Assembly (NCBI GenBank): GCA_045127235.1
Contig: JBGVPY010000062.1
Span: forward strand, 992 to 64,991
DNA length: 64,000 nt
Direction: 5' to 3'
DNA from: Eubacteriales bacterium
GTDB taxonomy: Bacteria; Bacillota; Clostridia; Oscillospirales; CAG-272
Part shown: positions 17,861 through 27,056 of the stretch, piece by piece
Position numbering within the stretch: position 1 is the stretch's first letter
How the letters are laid out: each line of letters starts with the position of its first letter
Notes under the pieces: generated by a model
The model's database searches: none
Told to the model about the DNA's origin: nothing
What the model saw: only the letters and a program-made list of their open reading frames with translations
Program-made: the position numbers and the translations under genes

Positions 17861-20800
17861 ATGAAAAGCATTTACAAAAGATTCCTTTGTCTTATTCTTG
17901 CTTTAATAATGGCGCTTGGCGTAATTCCAAGCGTAGCGTTTACCGCTTTTGCAAGCGAGGGCGAGGTGACGGAGGAGACAGAGACTCTTGTTGACAGAAC
18001 AAAGGAGCCTGTCACCATTACAAACGGCGATTATTCGCTTACGGTTAATAAAACCGTATTTGAGGTTGGAGAGCCAATTTACGTTTCCGCAACGGGAGCC
18101 CACGCCCAATCCTGGGTTGGACTTTACAGCACGACGGGCGTAAGCGCGGGAGATTCATCCCTCGTTTGGAAAAACTTATCAAGCGCAGGTCAGGGCGTTA
18201 CCTTTGATCTTGTGTCCCAATACGACAAGCAAGAGGATAGCACCTTTGAATTTGTAGACGGTGCGCTTCCCGAGGGCGAATATATTATTCGTTTATTCGG
18301 AGATGGCTCATCAAATGCAAGCTCAGTTAAGGCGCTTGTTCACATTAAGGTTGGTAATCCACCTGATATTTCAGGCGAGCAAGGTGTACTTGAAATTGAG
18401 GACAGAGCAGTATCAAGCGGCGATCCCGTTATGGTTAGCGCAGATCTTTTATATAACGATACGTGGGTAGGCGTTTATGCTTACGGCAACTACTCAAAGA
18501 GCTCGTTGTTATGGTATTGGGTAAGAACTCCGGGCGATGGCGTTGCTTATAACGCCGTATCCGGCAGAACTCTTTCAGGCGGCGCGTATTTAGTAAGACT
18601 TTGTCCGCACGATGGCTCAGGCTTTGGTAATGACATTGCAAATGCACTTGTAATCGTTGAGGATGAATACAATGTATCATACCTTAGCAGAATGGCGGTC
18701 GTTGATGATAACACAGGTGGCACAGAGGATGTCGGCGGTGGCACGGAAAATCCAGACACACCAGACACACCTGATACACCTGATACACCTGATACACCGG
18801 TTACACCAGACACACCGGTTACACCTGATAGCACCGTTACATTTGAGGAAAGCAGAAGCGCAGTTAAGCTTGCAAACGGCGAGTTTGAGCTTTGTGTAAA
18901 CAAAACCGTATTTAAGGTAGGCGAGCCTATTTTAGTTTCAGCTAAGGGACCTAATGTCCTTGACTGGATTGGAATTTATAGAGTACAGGACAACGCCTCA
19001 ATTAAGTATCAGTTTGTTGATAATGTAGGCGATGGCGTTTGGTTTGATATCACTAATAATTACATAGAGGGCGGGAAATACAAGGAGTACGGCTCACTTC
19101 CCGAGGGCGAATATGTAATCCGCTTACAATCAAATAATAGCGACTATCTTGAGGGCAACCGTGCTCTTGTTAAAATTAAAATCGGAAATCCTGATACTGA
19201 TAAAGCATTTGGAAATAGTGAACTTTTAAGCACAGACAAAAACATATATAAGCCAGGCGAGGCAATTATGGTAACTCCTTCTATGGTTGAGGGACATAAT
19301 GACTCATGGGTTGGCATTTACGGATTTGACTACTTCCACAAGGGTGGCTCTATTCGTTGGGAGTGGGTAAAAACCAATGGCGACGGCGTTGCGTTTGATA
19401 TTACAGGCGGTAATACATTTGCTCCTGGAGTGTATCTAATTCGCTTGCTTCCATACGACACAGGCGATATGAATACAGTTGTTGCTTACAAAATGGTAAT
19501 TATTGAGGGCGATACGGTCGTTTCCTATGAATCCGTAGTAACAGATAAAAACCTTGGCATAGCCCCTCCAACGTACGAGGGAAATAGCAGCGTTACAGTT
19601 TCAAACGATACACACTCACTTACAGTAAATAAAACAAAATTTGATGTGGGCGAGGAAATTTTAGTTTCCGCAGTAGGCGTTCACGCTAAGGACTGGATCG
19701 GTATTGCACAGCGTAATAATAATGAAGCAACAATCCGTTGGTATTACATTGCAGATGTAGGTAACGGAGAGAAATACGATATTAGAAGCGCGCCAAACAT
19801 CGGAGGAAACCTTGGTCATTTAAAGGATTTACCCGAAGGACCTTATACAATCTACCTTGTTGAAAAGGACGGATATTTAAAGAACGGCTATACCTTTAGC
19901 ATAAATGTTTCAATAGGTGACATAGAGGATGCAGATAACGGCAAAACAGAGGGCGGTACACAAACAGGCGGTAACACACCTGCTTATGGAGTTATTCCGC
20001 CAATAAGCGCAGTATATGTACCAAGCATAAACGGATATGCGGCTGGCACAGCCACCGTTACTATGCCAATAGAAGCCCTTAACTCCCATAACATCCTTAT
20101 GTATTGGGGAAATGAAAACGGTATTCTTGAGGGATATACTCCCCATGCGCGCTTTAAGGCTACAAGCACAACCGCATCATATACCTTTACTAAGAGCGTT
20201 ATTATTCCTAAGGATGCTACTAAGCTTTTAATTTATTCACAAAAGAGCTCAACAGGCGAAATGTCAAGTGAGTATGTAACAGTTGAATTGCCACAAGGCT
20301 CACAAATGAACATTACAAGTAATAAGATTACATCATTCTATGCAATTAGTGATGTTCACATCGGCTCTGCAAACGGAGCAAAGCATTTTAAGCTTATGCT
20401 TAAGGATGCGGTTTCATTAAATCCTAATGGCGTAGCTATCTTTATAGCAGGCGATATTGCAGATAACGGCAGAGAGGATCAATATGCACAAGCAATCGCA
20501 ATTCATAGTGAGGTAATGACAGAAATGGGCGTAAATGCAAGTGATTACCCAATGTTCTTTGCAATCGGCAACCACGATTACCCTGCCGCTACAAGTGCAT
20601 TCCTATCATATGCAGTTTTACCTGATGGCACTCATCCAACAGATACATGCTACGATTTTTGGTTTAACGGCTATCATTATATTATGCTTGGTAGTGACAG
20701 TCCATCAGGACTTAATGCAACATTTACCGAGGAAACACTTGCATGGCTTGATACAACACTTGCACAAGGCAGAGATGAAGGCAAGCCAACATTCATTTTC

Positions 20801-21718
20801 CTACATCAGCCTATATTTAATACAGTTTCAGGTAGCTTACCTGGAGAGGGCTGGCACGGAGTTACAAATGAGGATGCATTCAAGGCGGTAATCAGTAAGT
20901 ATCCTGAAATTATAATGTTTAACGGACACACCCACTGGGAAATGAATTCTAAAGGCAATATGTTTGATGCCACAGAGGAGCTTCCAATAAACATCTTTAA
21001 CTGCGCATCAGTTAGCTATTTATGGAGTGGCTTTAATAAGACAACAGGCGAGCATCTTGACGGTAGCCAAGGCTACTATGTTGAGATTTACAGCGACAGA
21101 GTAGTTGTAAAGGGACGCGATTTTGTAAATGCTAAGTGGATTGCATCTGCACAATATTGTGTTGAATTACAACAAGGCACTGATGAAATAGAGCATAATT
21201 ATGAAATTAAGGATATTACCTATTCAAACGGATATGGTAAGGCAGGAAAAATAACATATGAATGCTTAGATTGTCATATAATCAAGGAGGAAATTGCTCC
21301 TGCGCTTATTGAATGTCTTGGATATTCAATGCCTGAGGATGGCAGAGGACAAATTGCAATCGGCTTTGACATAAACAGCGAAGCAATTAAGGAGTACGAA
21401 GAGATAACAGGCAAAACCTTAAAATACGGTGCATTTGCAGTAGCACAGGAAAAGCTTGGCACAAGCGATATTTTTAGCGAAAACGGCACAGTAGCAAACT
21501 TTGCAATTGCAGCTGAAATCACATCTTATGAATTTTCTTCCTTTGAGCTTAAAATCACAGGCTTTACGGATGAATACAAGGACGATAAGCTTGCTCTTGG
21601 TGCTTATGTAATAGCAACTGATAAGGACATCACAGAATATTCATATATTCAACATGGCGAGCCTAAACAAAACGAAAAGTATGTATTTACTTCATATGAC
21701 GAGGTTGTAAATTCATAA
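17861..21718 (+). CDS. P4: secreted protein with five WxGxY beta-sandwich-like repeats, a PDT linker, a calcineurin-like metallophosphoesterase domain and the shared C-terminal module
   Basis: Signal peptide. Repeats contain VNKTVFxVGEPIxVSA...DWIGIY...LPEGEYxIRL. Metallophosphoesterase motifs ISDVHIG, GDIADNG, GNHD, LHQP, GHTHW. Module at 21305-21715. Confidence 0.85.
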   Translation: MKSIYKRFLCLILALIMALGVIPSVAFTAFASEGEVTEETETLVDRTKEPVTITNGDYSLTVNKTVFEVGEPIYVSATGAHAQSWVGLYSTTGVSAGDSSLVWKNLSSAGQGVTFDLVSQYDKQEDSTFEFVDGALPEGEYIIRLFGDGSSNASSVKALVHIKVGNPPDISGEQGVLEIEDRAVSSGDPVMVSADLLYNDTWVGVYAYGNYSKSSLLWYWVRTPGDGVAYNAVSGRTLSGGAYLVRLCPHDGSGFGNDIANALVIVEDEYNVSYLSRMAVVDDNTGGTEDVGGGTENPDTPDTPDTPDTPDTPVTPDTPVTPDSTVTFEESRSAVKLANGEFELCVNKTVFKVGEPILVSAKGPNVLDWIGIYRVQDNASIKYQFVDNVGDGVWFDITNNYIEGGKYKEYGSLPEGEYVIRLQSNNSDYLEGNRALVKIKIGNPDTDKAFGNSELLSTDKNIYKPGEAIMVTPSMVEGHNDSWVGIYGFDYFHKGGSIRWEWVKTNGDGVAFDITGGNTFAPGVYLIRLLPYDTGDMNTVVAYKMVIIEGDTVVSYESVVTDKNLGIAPPTYEGNSSVTVSNDTHSLTVNKTKFDVGEEILVSAVGVHAKDWIGIAQRNNNEATIRWYYIADVGNGEKYDIRSAPNIGGNLGHLKDLPEGPYTIYLVEKDGYLKNGYTFSINVSIGDIEDADNGKTEGGTQTGGNTPAYGVIPPISAVYVPSINGYAAGTATVTMPIEALNSHNILMYWGNENGILEGYTPHARFKATSTTASYTFTKSVIIPKDATKLLIYSQKSSTGEMSSEYVTVELPQGSQMNITSNKITSFYAISDVHIGSANGAKHFKLMLKDAVSLNPNGVAIFIAGDIADNGREDQYAQAIAIHSEVMTEMGVNASDYPMFFAIGNHDYPAATSAFLSYAVLPDGTHPTDTCYDFWFNGYHYIMLGSDSPSGLNATFTEETLAWLDTTLAQGRDEGKPTFIFLHQPIFNTVSGSLPGEGWHGVTNEDAFKAVISKYPEIIMFNGHTHWEMNSKGNMFDATEELPINIFNCASVSYLWSGFNKTTGEHLDGSQGYYVEIYSDRVVVKGRDFVNAKWIASAQYCVELQQGTDEIEHNYEIKDITYSNGYGKAGKITYECLDCHIIKEEIAPALIECLGYSMPEDGRGQIAIGFDINSEAIKEYEEITGKTLKYGAFAVAQEKLGTSDIFSENGTVANFAIAAEITSYEFSSFELKITGFTDEYKDDKLALGAYVIATDKDITEYSYIQHGEPKQNEKYVFTSYDEVVNS
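18752..18829 (+). repeat. in-frame tandem 9-bp repeats encoding a (PDT/PVT)n linker
   Basis: ccagacaca ccagacaca cctgataca cctgataca cctgataca ccggttaca ccagacaca ccggttaca cctgat. Confidence 0.9.
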
Positions 21719-21875
21719 ATAACGAGGTGCAAAAATGAAGTACATTACACCAAAATATGAAAATGCAAGCATTTTAGCAAAGGATATTATAACCGCCTCA
21801 AAGGGTAAGTTTGAAATCCAACATGACCTTAATGAACAGGGCAAGGGCAATATCATAATGAATGCATTAGATATA
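21305..21875 (+). repeat. dispersed high-identity DNA repeat (module 3' part, spacer and small ORF), partner at 26253-26823
   Basis: Colinear at a constant offset of 4948 nt with no indels and scattered, mostly third-position differences. Confidence 0.85.
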
Positions 21876-21884
21876 TTTAAATAA
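21735..21884 (+). CDS. conserved 49-aa small protein, cassette copy 4 (not in ORF track)
   Basis: Protein identical to copy 3. SD GAGGTG, 16 nt after the P4 stop. Confidence 0.75.
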   Translation: MKYITPKYENASILAKDIITASKGKFEIQHDLNEQGKGNIIMNALDIFK

Positions 21885-21889
21885 TTAAA

Positions 21890-21919
21890 AGCCGTGTGGA
21901 ATTTTCCACACGGCTTTTA
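21890..21919 (+). terminator. rho-independent terminator of cassette 4
   Basis: agccgtgtgg/ccacacggct stem followed by tttag. Confidence 0.8.
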
Positions 21920-21995
21920 GAATAAAGAAAATATCTATTTACCATATGATATTATGTTTTTTGAATATTAAATCATACATTTATATCGAAAACAC

Positions 21996-22026
21996 TTGAC
22001 ATTAACCTTAGGTAATAGTTTAATAT
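21996..22026 (+). promoter_or_regulatory. MerR-type promoter with a 19-bp spacer and an internal palindrome
   Basis: TTGACA (21996-22001), 19 nt spacer, TAATAT (22021-22026). The spacer contains ACCTtAGGT. Confidence 0.55.
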
Positions 22027-22038
22027 TATTATAAGGGG

Positions 22039-23766
22039 GTGGCTATTTTGAAAATAAATGATGTAGAAAAAATAACAGGACTTTCAAAAAAAGCTATTCG
22101 TTTGTACGAAAGCAACGGATTAGTTACCGTAGCAAGAGATGAAAACGGATATCGAAACTATTCAAATATAAATGTTGATGACCTAAAAGCAATCAAGCTT
22201 TTAAGAACCATAGGTGCTTCTATTTCCGATATTAAGCTTTATATGTTCGGCGTTATTACTAAAGATGAGCTGATAAATAAGCGCAAATCAGAGATATTAA
22301 AGGAAAGCGGCAAAAACTCTGAGAAATATCATATTTGCGAAAGCATTTTAAGCAATAACTCGGCGGATGATTTAATCCATTTTGACTTTGATGAAAGTAA
22401 TGAGGCAGAAATAAAAAATTATGGCACGCTTATTGTAGGCATAGATATTGGAACAACAACAGTAAGTGCCTCTATATATGATATTGATAACAAGGAGCAA
22501 ATTGAAGCATATTCGCTTGAACATAACTCCGGCGTAGATATAGAAGAATTTTCAGAGCAGGATGTGTCTGCTATTTTAGGAAAAGCAAAAAAGCTTCTTT
22601 TCCATATACTTGATACATATAAGGGAGTCGTATCAATTGGCATAACAGGCCAAATGCACGGAATTGTGTATTTAGATAATAAACTTAATCCCGTGTCAAA
22701 TCTTATAAATTGGCAGGATAAAAGAGCGGATAAAGTATTAAATAATGGCAAAACAACATGTCAAATGATATATGATATTACTGAAGAGCATATTTCAACA
22801 GGCTATGGTATTGCAACGCATTATTATAATATGTTAAATAACATAGTTCCTAAAAACGCCACATCTGTATGTAGCATAATGGACTTATTCGCTATACAAA
22901 TTTGTGGTATTGAAAAACCGGTAACCCATACCTCAGTAGCTGTAAGCTTAGGAATTTTTGATGTACAAAAATCGGAATTTATGTATGATAAGCTGTTATC
23001 ATTAGGAATTGAAAGGAGCTTTTTACCAAGCGTAACTGATAAAAGTATAATAATAGGTAAATGCAGAGATATCCCTGTTAGTATTCCAATAGGCGATAAT
23101 CAAGCAAGCTTTTTAGGGTCAGTTGACAATAACAATGATACAATACTTGTAAATATGGGTACAGGCTCACAGGTAAGCATGGTAGGCGAGTATCAAAACA
23201 CATCAGGAGATATTGAAACACGCCCCTTTATTGAGGGCAAGTATCTTGTGTGTGGCTCTGCATTATGCGGAGGACTGGCATATCAAATGCTTGAGGAATT
23301 TTTTAGAAGCTATACACAAAGCTGCAAAATGAGCGATATGCCTCAGTATAAAATAATGAACCAAATCGCCAAGGATGGATACCAAAAAGGCGAAAGAGGA
23401 CTTTTAGTTGATACTTCATTTTGCGGTAAAAGAAGCAACCCGCATTATCGTGGCTCCATTTTAGATATAGACAAGGATAAATTTACCCCTTCTAATCTTA
23501 TTTTAGGAGTGTTAAGAGGTATGTGTGCCGAGCTTTACGAATTATACGAGCAATTTTCTAAAAAATGCACTCATATAATAGCTTCGGGCGGAGCGGTAAA
23601 GAAAAACGAGGTTTTACAGCTGCTAATCAAGGACATTTTTTCAATGGAAGTAACGGGAAATACATTCAAAGAAGAAGCAGCAACAGGCGCGGCGCTGTTT
23701 TCGGCGCTTGCTCTTGGAAAAATAGACTATAAAAACGGCTTTTCCGACTACATAAGAAAAAGGTAA
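22039..23766 (+). CDS. MerR-family HTH fused to an FGGY-type carbohydrate kinase
   Basis: N-terminus INDVEKITGLSKKAIRLYESNGLV...GYRNYS (MerR). From about aa 130: VGIDIGTTTVSASIYD, GITGQMHGIVYLD, GDNQASFLGS (sugar kinase fold). The start may be TTG 22048, which sits 8 nt after AAGGGGG. Confidence 0.7.
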   Translation: MAILKINDVEKITGLSKKAIRLYESNGLVTVARDENGYRNYSNINVDDLKAIKLLRTIGASISDIKLYMFGVITKDELINKRKSEILKESGKNSEKYHICESILSNNSADDLIHFDFDESNEAEIKNYGTLIVGIDIGTTTVSASIYDIDNKEQIEAYSLEHNSGVDIEEFSEQDVSAILGKAKKLLFHILDTYKGVVSIGITGQMHGIVYLDNKLNPVSNLINWQDKRADKVLNNGKTTCQMIYDITEEHISTGYGIATHYYNMLNNIVPKNATSVCSIMDLFAIQICGIEKPVTHTSVAVSLGIFDVQKSEFMYDKLLSLGIERSFLPSVTDKSIIIGKCRDIPVSIPIGDNQASFLGSVDNNNDTILVNMGTGSQVSMVGEYQNTSGDIETRPFIEGKYLVCGSALCGGLAYQMLEEFFRSYTQSCKMSDMPQYKIMNQIAKDGYQKGERGLLVDTSFCGKRSNPHYRGSILDIDKDKFTPSNLILGVLRGMCAELYELYEQFSKKCTHIIASGGAVKKNEVLQLLIKDIFSMEVTGNTFKEEAATGAALFSALALGKIDYKNGFSDYIRKR

Positions 23767-23775
23767 AATTTATTT

Positions 23776-24981
23776 ATGAAGGATATTAAAATCGAATTTG
23801 AAATTGATAATCTAAATTTAAATATTGTATCATATAAAAATGAGCGAAAATCATTTGAAGCACAGAGTGCAGAATGCGAACTTTTGGTATCGTTTTGGTA
23901 TGATTATAGCGAAAAGCCGTTAAATCTATCATCAAGCATAAAAATAGGCGACTGTGTGTCGATAATTTTGCGCGAATACATAATTGAGTTATATGTAAAC
24001 AATGTGCTTGTAGATGAAAATTGGCAGTACGGTAAAGGATATTTTGAGCTTGGCGATAAAATTGAAGGAAGCGAAAAGGTCACCGTATCTTATTATAACC
24101 AAGCAAAAGAGGCAGAGCCAAGCATTATATCATCATTTGAAAATGCAGAGGGGTGGCGACCAGAAAACGGCGTTTTTGTAGGCGACTGTATGCCGTACAG
24201 AAAAAATGATGAATACCATGTTTTATACCTAAAGGACCGCCGCCATCACGGAAGCAAATGGGGAATGGGCGCTCATCAGTGGGAGCATATTTCCACAAAG
24301 GACTTTAAAAAGTGGTACGTTCATCCAATGGCAGTTCCCATTACTGAAAGCTGGGAAGGCTCAATTTGCACAGGCTCATGGATAGAAAAAGACGGCAAGG
24401 AGTATCTCTATTACACGGTAAGACGACCAAAGGGACTTCCTGCAATAATTAGCCGTAGTGTGTCAGAGGATGGCTACCATTTTAAAAAGGATAAGAGCTT
24501 CGGTTTTACTATATCCGAAAAATTTAACGGACCCATAGCAAGAGACCCAAAGGTTATAAAGGATGATAGCGGAATTTATCATATGCTTTTAACAACCGTT
24601 TTGGTTAAGGAAAATTTAGGCTGCTTGGCTCACTATATTTCCTCTGACCTTGAAAGGTGGCAAGAGGCGGAAAGTCCTATTTACATTCACGAAAACAGCG
24701 ACCACCCCGAATGTCCCGACTACTTCAAATATAAAGGCAGATACTATTTGATTTTCAGTATCAGAGGCAGAGCAAGATATTTAGTGTCCGATAAGCCATT
24801 TGATGACTTTAAAATGATAGATGACACATTAATCCCCTGTGCGGGAGTGCCAAAATGCGCACCTTGGAATGATAAGCTGATTTTTACAGGCTTTAAGCCA
24901 ATAGATGGCTATGCAGGCACAATGACATTTAAATCCGCCACCGCCGATGAAAACGGTAAGCTTATTTTTGAAGATTTATAA
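23776..24981 (+). CDS. GH32-like five-bladed beta-propeller glycosidase (fructosidase-like) with an extra N-terminal domain
   Basis: RDP motif (ARDPKVI) and ECP motif (HPECPDYF) in GH32 order. The nucleophile region is divergent (FVGDCMPY instead of WMNDPNG). Confidence 0.55.
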   Translation: MKDIKIEFEIDNLNLNIVSYKNERKSFEAQSAECELLVSFWYDYSEKPLNLSSSIKIGDCVSIILREYIIELYVNNVLVDENWQYGKGYFELGDKIEGSEKVTVSYYNQAKEAEPSIISSFENAEGWRPENGVFVGDCMPYRKNDEYHVLYLKDRRHHGSKWGMGAHQWEHISTKDFKKWYVHPMAVPITESWEGSICTGSWIEKDGKEYLYYTVRRPKGLPAIISRSVSEDGYHFKKDKSFGFTISEKFNGPIARDPKVIKDDSGIYHMLLTTVLVKENLGCLAHYISSDLERWQEAESPIYIHENSDHPECPDYFKYKGRYYLIFSIRGRARYLVSDKPFDDFKMIDDTLIPCAGVPKCAPWNDKLIFTGFKPIDGYAGTMTFKSATADENGKLIFEDL

Positions 24982-25076
24982 TATATTTTTACAAAATTTG
25001 CAAAAAACTCTTGACTTTGACCCAAGGGAAGGGTTTATACTTAAAATGGTAAAAATACAAATTAAGGAGAAAGAGA

Positions 25077-26666
25077 ATGAAGAAGAAACTATTTTTAACA
25101 GCTGTTATGGTGTTTATTTTTGTTATGATGCTTGCTTTTGCGGTATCCGCTGATTCAGTTCATAACGAAAACACAGTTGATTACAACTCAAAGGTTACAC
25201 TTAATGACGGGACTGTGCTTCCGATATACGATGAAAATAAGGATGCGCTTATTTGGTATATCGACGGAAAAGACGAAAGCGGAAACCCAATTTATTCATC
25301 CGCCCCTACCGACAAGGTTGCTTATTGGTACACAGAGAGTTGGAATGAGGTGACGGGCTTTGATGTAGTGCTTGAAAACGGAACGAAAATTGAAAGAAAT
25401 AACGTGGTAGTAGTTAACATGATGGATGACGATGTTGTAAAGAACGCCGGCCCTGGTACTAAGTATTACGGAGAACCTGTTAAAGATTTCAAAAATATGA
25501 TTAATTCTAGAAAAAATCTTGAATACTGCTTTTTAAGACTTGATACAAGTACTATCAACAATGGTACCTTTGCAGGATGTCCTAAATTGAAGTACATAAA
25601 TTTAGAAAGTTTGACAAATCTTAAAAGAATGGCACAACACAGTCAATTTTCCGGATGTACAAGTTTGTTTGACGGACAGGTGCTCGACCTTACAAAAACT
25701 CAATTATACGAATTTGAGGGCAACGAAACATTTAAAGGCGTTCCGGTAAAAGGAATAAAATTCCCGGAAACAATGAAAAAGATAGGTTCGGGAAGCACCT
25801 TTGCTAACTGCTCAAAACTTGAATTTATTTCGGTAGGTAACAAGTTAACGACAATGGGTGGCGAAGCATTTAGTGGTTGCACATCACTCAAAGCAATTTA
25901 TTACGTTGGCACACAAGACGAATTAAATGCTTCACCAATCAATAGAGTAGTTACTGATGCTACAATAAAATCATACAATGAATACAAATCACTTACCGAT
26001 ATAAGCGGAGTGTATGTAGTATATAATTACAGTAGATGTATTGCTTTTAATAACGGTGTTCACGGCGAGGCGATTTTAGCAAATGCTTGTGTAGGCAATT
26101 GCTTGGTATGTGGTGATGCAATGGTTAACCATAACGAAGTAAAAAATCTTTCCGTAACAATTACATATAAAAACTACGGCATTAACGGCGAAAAAGTAAC
26201 TGTTTGTAACAACAAAGATTGTGGATACAAAGAAACAAAAGTTGCTCCCGCACTTATTGTTTGTCGTGGTTACTCTGCACCTGAAAATGGCAGAGGTGGA
26301 ATTGTAATCGGCTTTGATATAAACAGCGAAGCAATCAAAGATTACGAAACAACAACAGGCAAAACCTTAAAATACGGTGCTTTTGCAGGAGCACAGGAAA
26401 AGCTTGGCACAAGCGATATTTTTAGCGAAAACGGCACAGTAGCGAACTACGCTATTGCCGCTGAAATCGCATCTTATGAATTTTCTTCCTTTGAGCTTAA
26501 AATCACAGGCTTTACAGATGAATACAAGGATACAAAGCTTGCTCTTGGCGCTTATGTAATAGCAATCGATAAGGACATCACCGAATATTCATATATTCAA
26601 CATGGCGAGCCTAAACAAAACGAAAAGTATGTATTTACTTCATATGATGAGGTTGTAAATTCATAA
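25077..26666 (+). CDS. P5: secreted BspA-type LRR protein with Cys-knuckle and shared C-terminal module
   Basis: Signal peptide MKKKLFLTAVMVFIFVMMLAFAVSA, LRR_5-like units, CVGNCLVC ... CNNKDC, module at 26253-26663. Confidence 0.85.
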   Translation: MKKKLFLTAVMVFIFVMMLAFAVSADSVHNENTVDYNSKVTLNDGTVLPIYDENKDALIWYIDGKDESGNPIYSSAPTDKVAYWYTESWNEVTGFDVVLENGTKIERNNVVVVNMMDDDVVKNAGPGTKYYGEPVKDFKNMINSRKNLEYCFLRLDTSTINNGTFAGCPKLKYINLESLTNLKRMAQHSQFSGCTSLFDGQVLDLTKTQLYEFEGNETFKGVPVKGIKFPETMKKIGSGSTFANCSKLEFISVGNKLTTMGGEAFSGCTSLKAIYYVGTQDELNASPINRVVTDATIKSYNEYKSLTDISGVYVVYNYSRCIAFNNGVHGEAILANACVGNCLVCGDAMVNHNEVKNLSVTITYKNYGINGEKVTVCNNKDCGYKETKVAPALIVCRGYSAPENGRGGIVIGFDINSEAIKDYETTTGKTLKYGAFAGAQEKLGTSDIFSENGTVANYAIAAEIASYEFSSFELKITGFTDEYKDTKLALGAYVIAIDKDITEYSYIQHGEPKQNEKYVFTSYDEVVNS

Positions 26667-26682
26667 ATAATGAGGTGTAAAA

Positions 26683-26832
26683 ATGAAGTACATTACACCA
26701 AAATATGAAAATGCAAGCATTTTAGCAAAGGATATTATAACCGCCTCAAAGGGTAAGTTCGAAATCCAACACGACCCTAATGAACAGGGCAAGGGCAATA
26801 TCATAATGAATGCTTTGAATATTTTCGGATAA
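26683..26832 (+). CDS. conserved 49-aa small protein, cassette copy 5, with an altered C-terminal end (not in ORF track)
   Basis: MKYITPKYENASILAKDIITASKGKFEIQHDPNEQGKGNIIMNALNIFG. SD GAGGTG. The last residues and the downstream DNA diverge from copies 3 and 4, and the usual terminator is missing. Confidence 0.7.
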   Translation: MKYITPKYENASILAKDIITASKGKFEIQHDPNEQGKGNIIMNALNIFG

Positions 26833-27004
26833 AGGGTTGCTGATAAGATGCAACTAAATTAAATAAAATTAAAATGGGGATGTTGCAATAAGAACCTGCT
26901 ACGCAGAACCTTGTTACTCGCAGGCTCGTAATAAGCACAGACCAAAAACAGACACATATCTCATAAAAAAGATCTATTTGTATTTCAAAATATTCTTTAA
27001 TGTT

Positions 27005-27045
27005 GAGAACTTGCATTTTTTTTGCAAGTTCTCTTCATTTTTATG
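27005..27045 (+). terminator. strong hairpin with a downstream T-tract in noncoding DNA
   Basis: gagaacttgca, loop tttttttt, tgcaagttctc, followed by ttcatttttat. Confidence 0.5.
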
Positions 27046-27056
27046 TCTGTTTTTTA

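Noticed and set aside
18547-18903. 118-aa minus-strand and 80-aa plus-strand ORFs across the PDT repeat region of P4.
   Set aside because: They are low-complexity alternative-frame readings of the 9-bp tandem repeat (SGV/HLI repeats). The P4 frame is continuous and conserved on both sides.
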